Positions 1 through 12,117 of a DNA stretch of 64,000 bases are shown here, in pieces. The notes below the pieces were generated by a model. The model ran no database searches. It had not been told where the DNA came from and saw nothing but the letters and a program-made list of their open reading frames with translations. The stretch's first letter is position 1; each line of letters begins with the position of its first letter. Position numbers and translations under genes: made by a program. The stretch is from Podarcis melisellensis (lineage: Eukaryota): assembly GCA_964234715.1 (NCBI GenBank), contig OZ174286.1; one strand, written 5' to 3'.

Positions 1-207
1 TATGCATTCTGATTTAAATGAAAAGGCTCAGAGGAAATCTTTTTCACAAGCATGAACATTGCATAGGCATAGGCAGACAGATGGGCAGGAGCTGGTTACA
101 GAGTGAGGCTGTAGTATGCAAAGTTGGAGAAGAAGGTAAAAGAAGAAAAGGATTGTGTGGCCCACTGAGTGTGAGGGGAGAGTGAATGGGAAAGATGGGT
201 TCTAAAG

Positions 208-345
208 CAGGCATAGGCAAACTCCGGCCCTCCAGGTGTTTTTGGCCTACAACTCCCATCATCCCTAGCTAACAGGACCAGTTGTCAGGGTTTATGGGAA
301 TTGTAGTCTCAAAACATCTGGAAGGCCAGAGTTTGCCTTTTCCTG
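208..345. mobile_element. Non-autonomous hAT-type MITE
   Basis: TIRs CAGGCATAGGCAAACTC ... GAGTTTGCCTTTTCCTG. 8-bp TSD ttctaaag/gtctaaag with one mismatch. Confidence 0.85.
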
Positions 346-1590
346 GTCTAAAGGGACAAGCAGACTGAGCAAGAAGAAAAGGAGAAGCTTCGGATTGCTG
401 TAGAGCCTTCTGGTCCCTATGCTTCTTTGTCTTCTGGACACACATACCAGTCTCCCCTTTATTCCTGTTTGGTTTGCTGGCAAACTAGATGAAAGGTTTA
501 TATTTCAAAAGTAGTAATAAACTAGGGAAAGGGATAAGAGTGGTTAGCTGTTTTAGGAAGAGGAAATAATGTGAAAGGAACACAGAAAACGGATGAAACA
601 TGGATGGTTGGGATAAGAATATTAAAAGCTCCCTTCACTTACCCTCCCTGCTTTAAGCAGAATTTGCTGATCCAAAGTCATGTCAGTACTAGAGCTCCCT
701 GCTGCAAGAAGATTGCTCTGGCATAGGATTGAGCTGTTTCTAAAGAAGGGTTAAATGTCAATAGAAAATGTCTGTAATTGCCAGGCAATTGTGCTAATCT
801 CTGGGTTCATCCATCATTTAATTGCTGGCTCCATCCTTCCACTACCATTTTGTGACTGGTGGGCCCCACTAATTTTAGCCCTCAAGTAGCCCCTAGGGAT
901 AGAAATTTTGAGATAAGTTTATAGTCTTCAAAAATTCTTTTAGTTCATATAGTGATCTATAGTTTGTATAGTGATTTATGGTTTGTTGCAAATAAGATTA
1001 TTGCATCCATATAACTGCTTTCCAATTTATTAAAGCACGTTTAGCCTGTTTTACAAACTCTGCAGTAGTCTTAAAGCATATAACAATAAATATTTTGAAA
1101 TGAAATAATTAAAGCCAAATCAGCCAAGTAAAATAGCTAGAACCGAGAAAACAAAAAAACCCAGTACCTGATAAAACAGGGAATTAAAACTATTCTATAT
1201 AAAAACTAACCTATGGTCAACAGTTTACAGTAGCATGTTGTAATCATATATGTGTTTTTTTCACATCAGTCTAGTTACATCTCTCTGAAAATCAAACTTA
1301 TCCAACATTTCTTCTAACCAGGGAGCTTGGATAGCAAGTTGTGTTTATGTAGCATTACAACTTAGGTTGGGTTGAGGAGGACTAGATTATCTTTGTAGTC
1401 CCTTTCAACTCCAGGTTTCTTTGGCACAAGAACCACTATTTGTTGCAGCTGCAGGAGCACGTTTGAGGGTGAAAATAACATGCCCATATGAGTATGGTAC
1501 CCAGAAATTAGTCTGCCTTACATTTGGTCAGGTATAACAGTAGATACTTATGAGAGCTTAAAGATACAGACTTATGTGAAAAAGAGAGGG

Positions 1591-1610
1591 GTGTGTGTGT
1601 GTGTGTGTGT
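1591..1610. repeat. (GT)10 microsatellite
   Basis: Read directly from the sequence. Confidence 0.95.
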
Positions 1611-1894
1611 TTTCTTAATCTGTTAATGTCTTATGGTTTGTAAAAACAATGTTTCCATATTAATCAGCACCTTAAATCACTGTGGAATACTATTTAAAAA
1701 TAGGTGTCTTTAAATTTGTCCAGTATTCTGTGGGGGAGAAAGAAACCAGGCAAATGAAGCTTGGTTCTTCCATTTGGTAAAAATGTGTATGCTGTACAAA
1801 TCATTTGACAATATTTTTTAAACTCTTGAATAGTACATACGCCACATGCACTAGAGCCACTGCTAACAAATGTATTTGTATACTTTCTTCAAAG

Positions 1895-1962
1895 GAGGCG
1901 ATCACCTTCACCTTACTATAGTCGTTACAGATCACGGTCAAGATCCCGTTCCTACAGCCCAA
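1895..1962 (+). CDS. TRA2A: Transformer-2 alpha, penultimate coding exon (68 nt, RS2 domain)
   Basis: Acceptor tactttcttcaaag at 1881-1894 and donor GTAAGT at 1963. Translates (R)RRSPSPYYSRYRSRSRSRSYSP, the TRA2A C-terminal RS domain. Position upstream of IGF2BP3 on the same strand matches known amniote synteny. Confidence 0.96.
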
Positions 1963-2375
1963 GTAAGTATAACAGCAGTCTCACCAGATGGTTACAGCAG
2001 AGGAAACATCAAATCAAAGCACTGCCAGGCTTACCGCCCACCCCACCCCCTTTAAAAAGTCTTTCCAATTTGCCTTATGGATATCCTCTAGTGATTAGAC
2101 AGTAGCAAGAATACCATGTTCAGAGCTCCTGTTCTGTCTGTGGATCTCCCTCTCTGCTTGCAGACAGGGACCCGCAAAATCCTATAGCGCGTGCAACACC
2201 TTCACAGGGACCATAGGATTGCAACCCTAAGTAAACCATTTGTATCTAGTAGAAGTTGGTTTTAGCAAATTGAAGTGTGACAGAAGGGGAATGCACTGAT
2301 ACTGGGTGGAAGGAGAAACAAGTGAATATGGAATTATGAACTGATGGTTACAGTGTTCTCTCTTCTTTCTTTCAG

Positions 2376-2386
2376 GGCGCTATTGA
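2376..2386 (+). CDS. TRA2A: Transformer-2 alpha, terminal coding exon (R-R-Y-stop)
   Basis: Pyrimidine tract ttctctcttctttctttcag, then GG CGC TAT TGA. Joins the previous exon in phase 1 to give ...SYSPRRY*. Confidence 0.94.
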
Positions 2387-3210
2387 AGAAGAGAAGCTAG
2401 TCACAGTTGCAAATACAATTTTTAAACAGCAAGTTCCGAACTTCGCTTTCCCTATAGATCCCCTGCAGTTATCTGAAACCCTATTAAAAGGTCCTTGGTT
2501 CATTTAGAATATATGTATTTTCAGTTGAAATACCAGTTTTCCATCTCTTCTTATTGTAATACTCCAGGTGTAATTGTTGTAGCTTTATGTACTTAAATAT
2601 CTTTAAGCGAAAACTAAATAGGAAACCCAAAGTGGTAATACGTTTTGTGAAATTTTTTTTAAAGCAAGTGGATTTTTGTTGAACGTAATGGGGAAGGAAA
2701 ACAGAAGTGTGTTAAAGCCCTGCATGTTGTGTTTCAGTAGAAATCTACTATTTTAATGAACTGTTCATCTTTCTGCCTATTACTTTTGAGGAAGAAAGTG
2801 TTGTTCTGTATCTTCAGTTATAGCCCAAGTCAGTGCATGCTCTTAAACCAGAGCATTTTCACTCATTTTCTCAATGCAGTGATTTAATAATAATAAAGAA
2901 CATTGGAGGGAAGTCTTTGAAAAAACAAAATTCTCGTATACTACAAATTTCACCTTGGCATGTGTTTAATATAATCACAGTGCTAATATGGATGACATTT
3001 GAAATTTGGTTAATATTAAATTGACTGGAAAACGTTCTTATGTTTGCCCCATAATCAGGACAGGCCTAATTTACTGGGCGTAGAAAATATTTGATCTGTT
3101 CTCAGCAGTTCTATATGGAAATAAAATTATGGTTAAGCAGGTTCTGTTTGGTACTATGGATTTCTAAACTATTATTTTGCTTCTCAAAATAAATTTAAAT
3201 TCTACCAGTG
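2387..3210 (+). other. TRA2A: TRA2A 3' UTR (approximate end)
   Basis: AU-rich sequence with no recognisable TE after the stop codon, up to AATAAA signals at 3120-3125 and 3188-3193. Confidence 0.65.
3188..3193 (+). terminator. Candidate polyadenylation signal of TRA2A (alternative AATAAA at 3120-3125)
   Basis: AATAAA followed about 13 nt later by CA and a GT-rich downstream element (gtgcagtgtttc). Confidence 0.55.
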
Positions 3211-5783
3211 CAGTGTTTCAGCATTTAATACAATTGGTTAGATATGTTAAGTTTCTTGCAAGGAATTAACAAGTAGTATTTCCTGAAATCTTGGTATTGG
3301 ATCCAACCTAGGTTAGCTGCTCTTTAAGTCCCATCAATTTCAGCTAAATTAGACTGGAACCAACCCTTAGATTTAGAGTTGGGGTAGCGGTGTGCACAAT
3401 AAAACATATGAGTCTGCTTCTGGAGAGAGATCCAACAGCATCTTTCCTAAAACTGGACACTGAAATTCAGCACATGGAAAAAGAATTGAGGAATTAAGCT
3501 CTGGTGTATCACTCCCTATATTAGTAAAGTGAGTGTGCAGATATATCAAGCAGCAAAATAGATGGAGACATAGGGCAAGATGGGAATCCAATAAATGGGA
3601 GAGAGCCTATGGGCATGCAAAAATAATAATTATTATTAGTTCGTTAGAAGAAAGCTTCTCCCCAGAATCGACAGGAGCTGTGTATGTGCATAGCTCTCAT
3701 GCTGCATGCAAATATGGGTATCAGAAAACAGCATGGAGGGGTTGAGCCCTCAGCTGGCCAAAGACAGGTCCCACACTGAAGAGAAGCAGGAATCACTGGG
3801 GCAAAGGGAGAACTGGCATCTTGGTGTGTGTTACATCCTTGGTGGGAGCAATTGCCATTGCCCCATACACTGCAAGACGCTAAAAAAGTCATGATGCCCA
3901 CATCACCTTCTCCCGCCTCACTTTTTGGTTTGTCTTGCCAGAGTACCAAAATTCCAGGAAAGCTCAGTATTTAAAAACAGGCAAGCATTTTCTTTCCCCT
4001 AGTTGTCCTTTCTGGGAGCAAACACCACTTTGTGGTACAACTAACTAATGGTCAACCATACTACAATACTGTGTGTAGCTTCTGAGTTGAGTATGCTTTT
4101 CAAATCTTGGTGTAAGGAATGAACTGGAAGGCACCCACCACAAAACTTTAAATTAAAAAAAAAGCATTAGAATGCATGATATTTACTTGGAAAACAAAGA
4201 GGAGCAAGTATGTGCAACCCAAACTTTCTATCATTAAGCATTGTTAGGCTTAAGCATAAGTGCTTATACAATACATACTTGCATAACCTAAAGTAATACA
4301 CCTATCTATGGCCAAGGAAGAAAAAAATACTTCTTTCTTGACAGAAGTTTTGACTTCATCCTTTTGAGTCTCATACTGTGATGCGGAGATTCCCTTTCAT
4401 TTGTACACACAAATTGCCTCCCTTTTGCCCTTTACCAGCTCAAATGCGTACTGGTCTGCGCGGATAATTTTTGATGTGCAGAATGGTTTGGTATATAATT
4501 TCAAAGCATTCAATATGTAAGACAAATGTTCCATATCCTGTCTCATCTGAAATTTACAGGCACTTGGAATGATGGAGAATCTTCACCATTTTTAGGCATT
4601 TTGTTTGAACTCACAAGGGGCAAGCAGTCTGTCAAGCCCTACCCCCGCCCCCAGTTACACTGCATTGGCTGCAGAGTGTGCCTGGCTAATGTATGAGTCA
4701 TTAATCTGAAAGGGGCTGCTTTACTCGCATATTGAGGATGGGAGACCCGATTGATGAGAGTTCCCATTCCTATACACACGGAAACTGCTTAACATCAATT
4801 ACACATTAGCTGGGGCTCACCCAGTTCACTACCGCTTGTTCTTTTGCATGTTAAATGTGAATTCCTGAAGAGGAGTCATGCTGCAAACTTATGAACTCTG
4901 GAAGAGTAGTGCTGTTAAGCCTGTTGCAACAGGTAATCTCATGCCACTATAAACTTAAGATGCTAAGCAACTTTGTTTCCCAAAAGCGATAATGTTAGGA
5001 TTCCTATTTCCTAAAGTTTCTTTTTCATCCAAGTGCTCTCCTTTTGTGTGGTACTTAAAAAGCATGCATTGAGTTTATTTGTTCACATCACTAATCAATT
5101 TACATGCCCTTGTCCTCTGATATTTCTCCACTTTTATTTTAGATAGATAGGAAGGATTTTTAAATCCTGCCGCTTTTGAACCTAAAATGCATTACTAATG
5201 GTTTCACATTCATATGATGTCATCTAAATATTATTTCAGGTGTAATTTGCATGGGAGTTGAATGTATCTGTGTAGGTGTCCTGACACCAGAACTACTTGG
5301 TATCCATGTGGATGCATCCATGTGTCACAGGAAGAGATTCATTACTACAAAATACTGTGCATTTTATAGTAATCTGTGGTGGAGCTCATTGTGAATCGGT
5401 TTTACATCTATGTTAACAGAAGTTAACTCTTACTGGGGGGAAATTAAGGGTGGATATAGACACAGGTTAAAAACGCTATAAACAAGCCAGAAATTAAATT
5501 GTTACCACAAAAGAGGGAGCCTATATAACAATCCATATAAATTCCATTTTGCTCTCTGGTGTTGGATGTTTTTAACGCATTCAAAACGTATTATTGTGAC
5601 GAATGTCCTAAGCCATGTATGGTGGGGAAGATAGTTGATGAGATTTTTCTCTAAGCTATATCCCTGTTCAGGTGTTTATAAACTTGTGTTCTCAATTATG
5701 CAAGTGGGGTACAGCAGGTATACACATACTAAGCCCACTGCATCACATCACATCACCATGACAGGCCCATCTACATTGTAGGG

Positions 5784-5919
5784 CAGGCTTCCTCAACCTC
5801 GGCTCTCCAGATGTTTTGAGGCTACAATTCCCATTATCCCTGACCACTGGTCCTGCTAGCTAGAGATCATGGGGGTTGTAGGCCCAAAACATCTGGAGGG
5901 CTGAGGTTGAGGAAGCCTG
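5784..5919. mobile_element. Non-autonomous hAT-type MITE, related to 208-345
   Basis: TIRs CAGGCTTCCTCAACCTC ... GAGGTTGAGGAAGCCTG. Perfect 8-bp TSD TTGTAGGG at 5776-5783 and 5920-5927. Confidence 0.92.
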
Positions 5920-7945
5920 TTGTAGGGTGAAAGTTTGTAGTGGGAGCTGGTGGTCCTCAGGCTCCTCCTGTGATTTAGAACCTAGATACTAAATCAAGTG
6001 GGGAATCTGCATGATTGCATAAATTCAGCCTCAACATGTGGAGTACTATGGGACTTTCAGGAATGGGATGGAGGAATAGAATTATTTAGCATGTCCCTAC
6101 TCACCTAGTGAAGAACAAGCAAGTTTAAATATCTAAACAGGGCTTCTGTTGTGTGGTGTTTCCTGTGACTATGGAGACAATAGTCATGGTTGCTCAGCAA
6201 TTTGCTTCTAATCACTTCCCTGTAAGGTGGTAGTTTATTTCTGAAAAGACAGGTTTGAACTGGCTAGTGTTCTCCCCAAGGTGAGCAGAGTTGTATCTAA
6301 AAACCTTTCTAGTTTTCATTATTTTGTCATCTTTAACTCATAATTTTTTGCCATCTTGCTCTCTGCTTGGACAGCTTTGGGATAAAATGTTTCGATCAAA
6401 GTGTTTATCACTAACTGACTTTATACTTGGTATAGTCAAATTGTTTTTGTTTTGTTTTTTAGTTCCTTAGTCTTCAGATTTAAAATAACAATCTGTCATA
6501 AAGATCATTGGGAGAGATCAATTTTCTTAAATTCTTGTCTCAGTATGTTGAACAGCAGGAACAGTTCCCTTTGGCTAGAACGTTATAGATCCTAGTGCTT
6601 AAAAAAAAATACTCCTTTCTCAATTTGATTCTCTGAAGGTTGTTTGATACCAGGTCACAGTGGTATGCAGGAAACTCATACTTATTTTGAGGCCAATCCA
6701 TAGGAAACTAAATGTAACACTGAAGCAGATTATTACCCCTGTTGCCTTACAAACCAACCAACTAACTCCCCCCCCCCCCGCCACCGCCACCATTGCACAG
6801 AAAAACTTCCAAAATAGAAAAATTAGCTTCAGTGGCCTTTCTGACAAACCTTGGAGGTATTGGTTTTGCAAAATAAAAAAATTATAACCTGCTGAAGAAA
6901 CAACTTCCCATTTTTGGTGATAGGTGGCAGTCTGGAGTGGAGAGAAATTAACAGTGGCCACTCCTTCCCTCTGTTTGACTACAAGAAGTTTAGAGAAGCT
7001 AATGTACCACTTTCTGGCTGTACTGCAGGTTTTAGTACCTGCTGCAGAGTGCTGAAAATGTATTACTTCCTGACTACTTAGTTTAAAATAGCATGCATTC
7101 AGAAAAGGATGAAGGCTTTGTAGTGCCTGTACCCTACACCACCTGGCTGATGATCAGCATTCACCGGTCTCCACAGTACTCCCTTTTGTTACCCTGGTGC
7201 CGTTTTATCCTTCACAAAATGTATTAGTGGATTAGAGACGACCATTAGAGTGAGCTGTTGAGTGATGGTTTTCTGTTGCATATTTGCAGTCCATATATCA
7301 TTGTAGTGTAAGCCTCGGAAGTGGAGCCTGTTACATTAGGTAACTATTTTTACACCGGCAGCTCTGTTTCAGAAAATGTGTAACTGCAATTTAGCATGGG
7401 TTGAAAGGTGAGGCAACATCTCTGTTGTTGGTTAGGACAGAGGGGGTCTTGTCTCTTAAGCCTTTTAATATGTAAGAAGCTTAATTTGAAGGGTCCGTCA
7501 AACTACATTTAAAATAAAATAAAAAAGAAAATGGAAAAAGGTATAGCTCAATTTACTTGATGAGTGTTCACCTCTGCTCAAAAAGACACACCTTTTTACC
7601 CTGGCTTTTGACACTTGAGACGTATGTTTTTAGATGTAACGTGATGTAAGCTGTTTAAAACTTTTTTACTCTGTGTTTAAATTGTTATAACCCACATTGG
7701 GAACTTAGGATGAAGGGTGGGTGATTGAGAATAATGTGCCTATTGTTTGTCACACACACAATTTGTTTGTTTGTGCATGTTTGTGTAATGCTTGGAAGAA
7801 CCCGCTGGGAAGAAAAGTAATGTTATGGGCAAGTAGAGGTTGCTACGTGAGGAAGGGTCACTAAATAAGCTCAGAAACAGCCTGTGCTGATGTGCATTTC
7901 TTTGTATCTATTATAGAAGCATAGCGTTCATCTGAGAATCATCTA

Positions 7946-8019
7946 TGTCCCGTGTAGGGATCGAACTTGCAGCCTTAGCATTATCAGCACCACGCTCTAA
8001 CCAACTGAACTATCCACTT
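7946..8019 (-). pseudogene. tRNA-Ile(GAT)-like SINE head or tRNA pseudogene
   Basis: Minus strand reads GTGGATAGTTCAGTTGGTTAGAGCGTGGTGCT-GAT-AATGCTAAGGCTGCAAGTTCGATCCCTACACGGGACA, with A and B boxes. The acceptor stem does not pair, and the head is followed by TAGATGAT, a remnant of a CR1-type tail. Confidence 0.75.
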
Positions 8020-8837
8020 GGATTAGGAAATAATAAAAGGATTAGGTTACATGATTTGTTGAACATGTCTGCTGTTACCACTTTCATATCCCGTTCCACA
8101 AACAGTTTAACATTTAAAATACTTTGCCTCAAAACAGTAAAGAAACGAAGCATTTTAAAACAGTCAACATATTTTACACTACCACCAATCAAAGTCTGAA
8201 CACATTGGTTTAGCATGCATTGGTAACCTACAATAAGGCCCAAACTAGATCTGGCACTAGTCATGTGGTCATGTAGGATTTTTAAAAAAATCAAACTACA
8301 GACGGGTCTCTGATCCAGAGTGAGAGCACAGCATGGGTGGAAGGGGCCTTTAACTCTTCTCCCCCACCCACCAAATGCGATCCTGTTTCAAATCAACAGA
8401 CCCAGTCGTGTGACTTCAGAGAGCTCCCCAATCCATTTGATCCTCACAACAACCCTGCAAGGTGGTTTCTGGGTAGCTATTGATAGCTGCCTCCTACTTG
8501 CTCTAGCAGGTCCCATTAAATGTAATGAGCAATTTGGATTACACTTGGGTCACTTTTACACTTTGATTCCTTTTACACACAACCGTCCCTTTCACAAAAC
8601 TATTACTGCTTCGGCAGAGGCAGCAGCCTGTAAGCCTGCATTGTAAGAGAGGCAGAATGTGGGAGCAGGGAGTTGATGCAGCTATTTTATTTTATGAATC
8701 CAAATAAGGTAAGTACTGGTATTGATGAAAAACTGATAAAGATGTTTGAACCAAATCACTATGCTAAATGTGCCTGCATGTACAGGCTTTCACATTCTAT
8801 GGAAGCCTTTTCATGCAGCCTTTAAAACTGTTCAAGC

Positions 8838-9090
8838 CATGGGTAAGCAAACTAAGGCCCAGAGGCTGGATCAAGCTCAATCGCCTTCTAAATCTGGCCT
8901 GTGGACAGTCTGGGAATTAGCGTGTTTTTACATGAGTAGAATGTGTCCTTTTATTAAAAATGCATCTCTGGGTTATCTGTGGGGCATAGGAATTCATCCA
9001 TTCCCCCCAATATATATATATATATATCCGGGCCCCAATAAGGTCTGAGAGACAGTGGACCGGCCCCCTGCTGAAAGTTTGCTGACCCTG
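8838..9090. mobile_element. Non-autonomous hAT-type element
   Basis: Termini CATGGGTAAGCAAACT ... AGTTTGCTGACCCTG. TSD gttcaagc/gtttaagc. Confidence 0.8.
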
Positions 9091-10734
9091 GTTTAAGCCT
9101 TTTGAGCTGTAAATGTTTAACTGTATAACCAGCTTATAGTGTAGACTGCTATTCTCAGACACAGCCTTAGGTGGCAGTATTTCTTAACAGTCAGCACTTT
9201 AGCTGCTGCAGCAAGGAAGGGGGGGAAAGTACTTCTTAGTGCTGTGTTGGCAAACATCATTTGCCACTCCCCTAGGGAGCAGGTTAAAGGAGAGGGATAA
9301 GGGCTCTCGGAAGCACCCTGGGGTACATCCCAGTTACATTATAAATGTGGTGCCTGTAATTGCCTTAACAAGTGTACATCAATGGAGCTGAAATACAACT
9401 TTGAAACTGGTACTAGCTTCCTGAATGCAAAGGGAGCAGCACTGGCTAATCTACACTGAAATGTCTGGTATGTCTTAAGAACATGGAAAGCCATACCAAG
9501 TCAGTACACTGGTCATTCTAGCTTAATATTGTATGCATTAACCAACAGTGGCTCTCCAGCATTTAATGGGTTTTCTGGGATCCTTTTGCATGCCAAGTTT
9601 TAGATTTGCGGATTTTTTAATGCTGTTTTTAATGTATGTGTTATTTATTGTTGTGAGTTGCTTGGGTTACTTTTGTTTAATATGTTTAACCCTTCTTTAG
9701 AATAAGTGAAATTCAAATGTCAGTGCTATGTTATTTGTGCTGTTTGATCTTAATCCAAGAACATTGCTGCAGAAAATCCAGGCAAAAGAGGTATTTTTGT
9801 TAGATGGGAAAAAAGGAGAGGGGTAGAAATAACAGTTGATTGTCCTTTGGCAGAAGAAGAATCAAGTCCTCTAAGAACTCCCCAGAAGGGTTTTCAGTTC
9901 TTCCAATAAGCTAACTCTGATTCCAGCACAACAGCCATTTAATGTGACACAGAATTTCTCAATTTTTCAAGAACAGGGACACCAACTTGCAATTCTTCAG
10001 ATATCCATGAACTTCTGTGTTTGTAAAATATGGAAGTTGCTTTGTGGTTCTTCTGTTGTGTTTCTTTTAACCTGTCCCCCCAGTGACCCTGAAAGGTTGA
10101 TCCTTCAGTCTTATGCTTGAGTTAATAATGTGTCATATCTTGTTGATAGGAACAATTTCTAGCCAACATATTGCGTTATTTTATCACATAGTTCTCCAGC
10201 TGCCTTGATTATATCAATTATTTTGCCTGTCTTGCTGTCTTCTCTTACAATTGTTACTGGAAAATCCAGTACATGAAAAATGTTGATCTTTTATAGAAAA
10301 CACCTGTATGTGTGCCGTTCTGGTCACTGCACCTCAAAAAGGAAAATGCCAACTGGATGTCCATGTAATTAACTTCAGGACACACAATTGAGCTTAAATT
10401 ATTGGGGTTTTTTAAATAAGCTTTTTGGGTTACTAGATTAGCAAAGGTGCTACCTAGCTTAAATTTTTCACATAGCAGCACCCATTCTTCCTGTGCCATT
10501 TAACTTCATTTACCGTACCCCATCTCTGCACCACCTGTGTACTGTTAGATGAAATGCTTAGTTCACATTGTGATCTTATTCAGAATCCTTGTGCCCAAAC
10601 ACACAGAGTATTTCTTGGGCAGCGGGGCTGGCTCCAAAGAGGAATGGCTTGATTATTTAAACACTTTCCGCAGTTCTATTTTTTTTCTCTTTTGTGAGCT
10701 GTGTGAATCTTGTGGTGGTGGTAATAATAATAAT

Positions 10735-10845
10735 TTATCATTTCTACCCCGCCCATCTGGCTGGGTTTCCCCAGCCACACTGGGTGGCTTTCAACAGAAC
10801 ATTAAAAACAATAGAAGTTCAAACATTAAAAACTTCCCTAAACAG
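10735..10845 (-). mobile_element. L2-like LINE 3' end fragment
   Basis: taccccgcccatctggctgggtttccccagccacactgggtggc, similar to the copy at about 61068-61130. Family assigned by recognition only. Confidence 0.55.
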
Positions 10846-11258
10846 GTATATAAAGCTTATATAAAGCTTCTAGCTTTATATGATATGCATGAACAAAGCT
10901 GCTTTTCAGCAAACCATTGCTTGCATTTTGTAGCCTTGTATACCGGAGACTCTCAAGAGTCACCTAGTAGCACATGTGTTGGGCTCCTTGATAGTGTATA
11001 TCAGCCATTTACAGTAACAAACCATATTTTGATCCACTCCAGGGGACCAGCAGCCCTGGAGCAACAGAGCCAAGGGCAGTTCAGCAACACGAGAAAGAAC
11101 AGAGCAATACATGGTGGTAATAAGGAAGAAGATAGTTCTTGGCCACAACCCAAGTGAGAGCTAAAGCATCTCACTGGAATGATTTACATACAAGCAGTTT
11201 TGAATGGATAGCTGGAAACAGGTCTTTGGGGTTTTTTGCCTTGCAGACCCACTTTAAA

Positions 11259-11400
11259 CCTCAGACAGCTCAGGCAGTAGAGCAAGAGACTCTTAATCTC
11301 AAGGTTGTGGATTTGAGCCCCATGTTGGGCAAAAATATTCCTGCATCACAAGGGGTTGGGCTAGATGACCCTTGTGATCCCTTCCAGTTGTACGATTCTT
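11259..11400 (+). mobile_element. tRNA-Lys(CTT)-derived SINE with CR1-type 3' tail
   Basis: Head resembles tRNA-Lys-CTT (AGCTCAG..GTAGAGCA.GAGACT-CTT-AATCTCA.GGT.GTGG.TT.GAGCCCCA.GTTGGGC). Tail ggggttgggctagatgacc...cccttccagttgtacgattct is CR1-like. Confidence 0.8.
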
Positions 11401-12117
11401 TTCAAACCAGTGTAGTATCTGAATACCACCTCTGCATACACATCCCCAGAGTTTTAAATTGCAAACTATAAAAGAGCATGCAGTACTCGACCTGTAAATA
11501 AAACTCAGTACAGGCAAGCCCCTTATCAACCATTGTTATCTCTAGAAAGGCTGTGTCATATGGTACACATTTCCTGCTTGGAAAGCACTTTGCAGGGAGG
11601 GAAAGCATCTACCATGACACATGCTGATTATCGGATGCAACGATAACGTATGTGCCTTTTTTGAGTTTGTAGTCACGTTGGACTGTGGTTGGCCCTGGCT
11701 TTCCAAGCATGCGTTTACTGTGAGCATGCATACTGTCACTGAGGCATGTGGATGATTGGCACAGGTGATGATGCATCTGGAAGTTTCATTCTAAATCCTA
11801 CGCAAGAAGCCTTCCAGCCCCTCGCAAGCTGCACAGAACAATAAGCCTTTTTAGTCCTGCAATTCAACAATTGATATCACTGTAGCAAGGGCAGTGGGGA
11901 AGTAGGCATAGTCAACAAATAAAAAATGAAGCTGCCAATTATTTGGCTGCCTATATAGCGAGAGACCATTAGGAGGGAGCACAGCAGGGTGGCAAAATAT
12001 AGGCTTTGGATTCACAAGGTCCTAGATTCAATGCCCGCTATCGCTAGTTTAAAGGAAGAGATAGCAACTGGTTACGAGGAGCTGCTGGTAGTCAAATGAG
12101 ATAGTAAGAATCTAGAC

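Noticed and set aside
6767-6796. Poly-C followed by Kozak-like GCCACCGCCACC
   Set aside because: Followed by ATT rather than ATG, with no credible ORF or promoter context.
7946-8019. Functional tRNA-Ile(GAT) gene
   Set aside because: The acceptor stem cannot pair, there is no oligo-T terminator directly downstream, and a SINE tail remnant follows.
10549-11157. 202-aa ORF
   Set aside because: Crosses an L2-like fragment and has no protein-family resemblance or exon structure.
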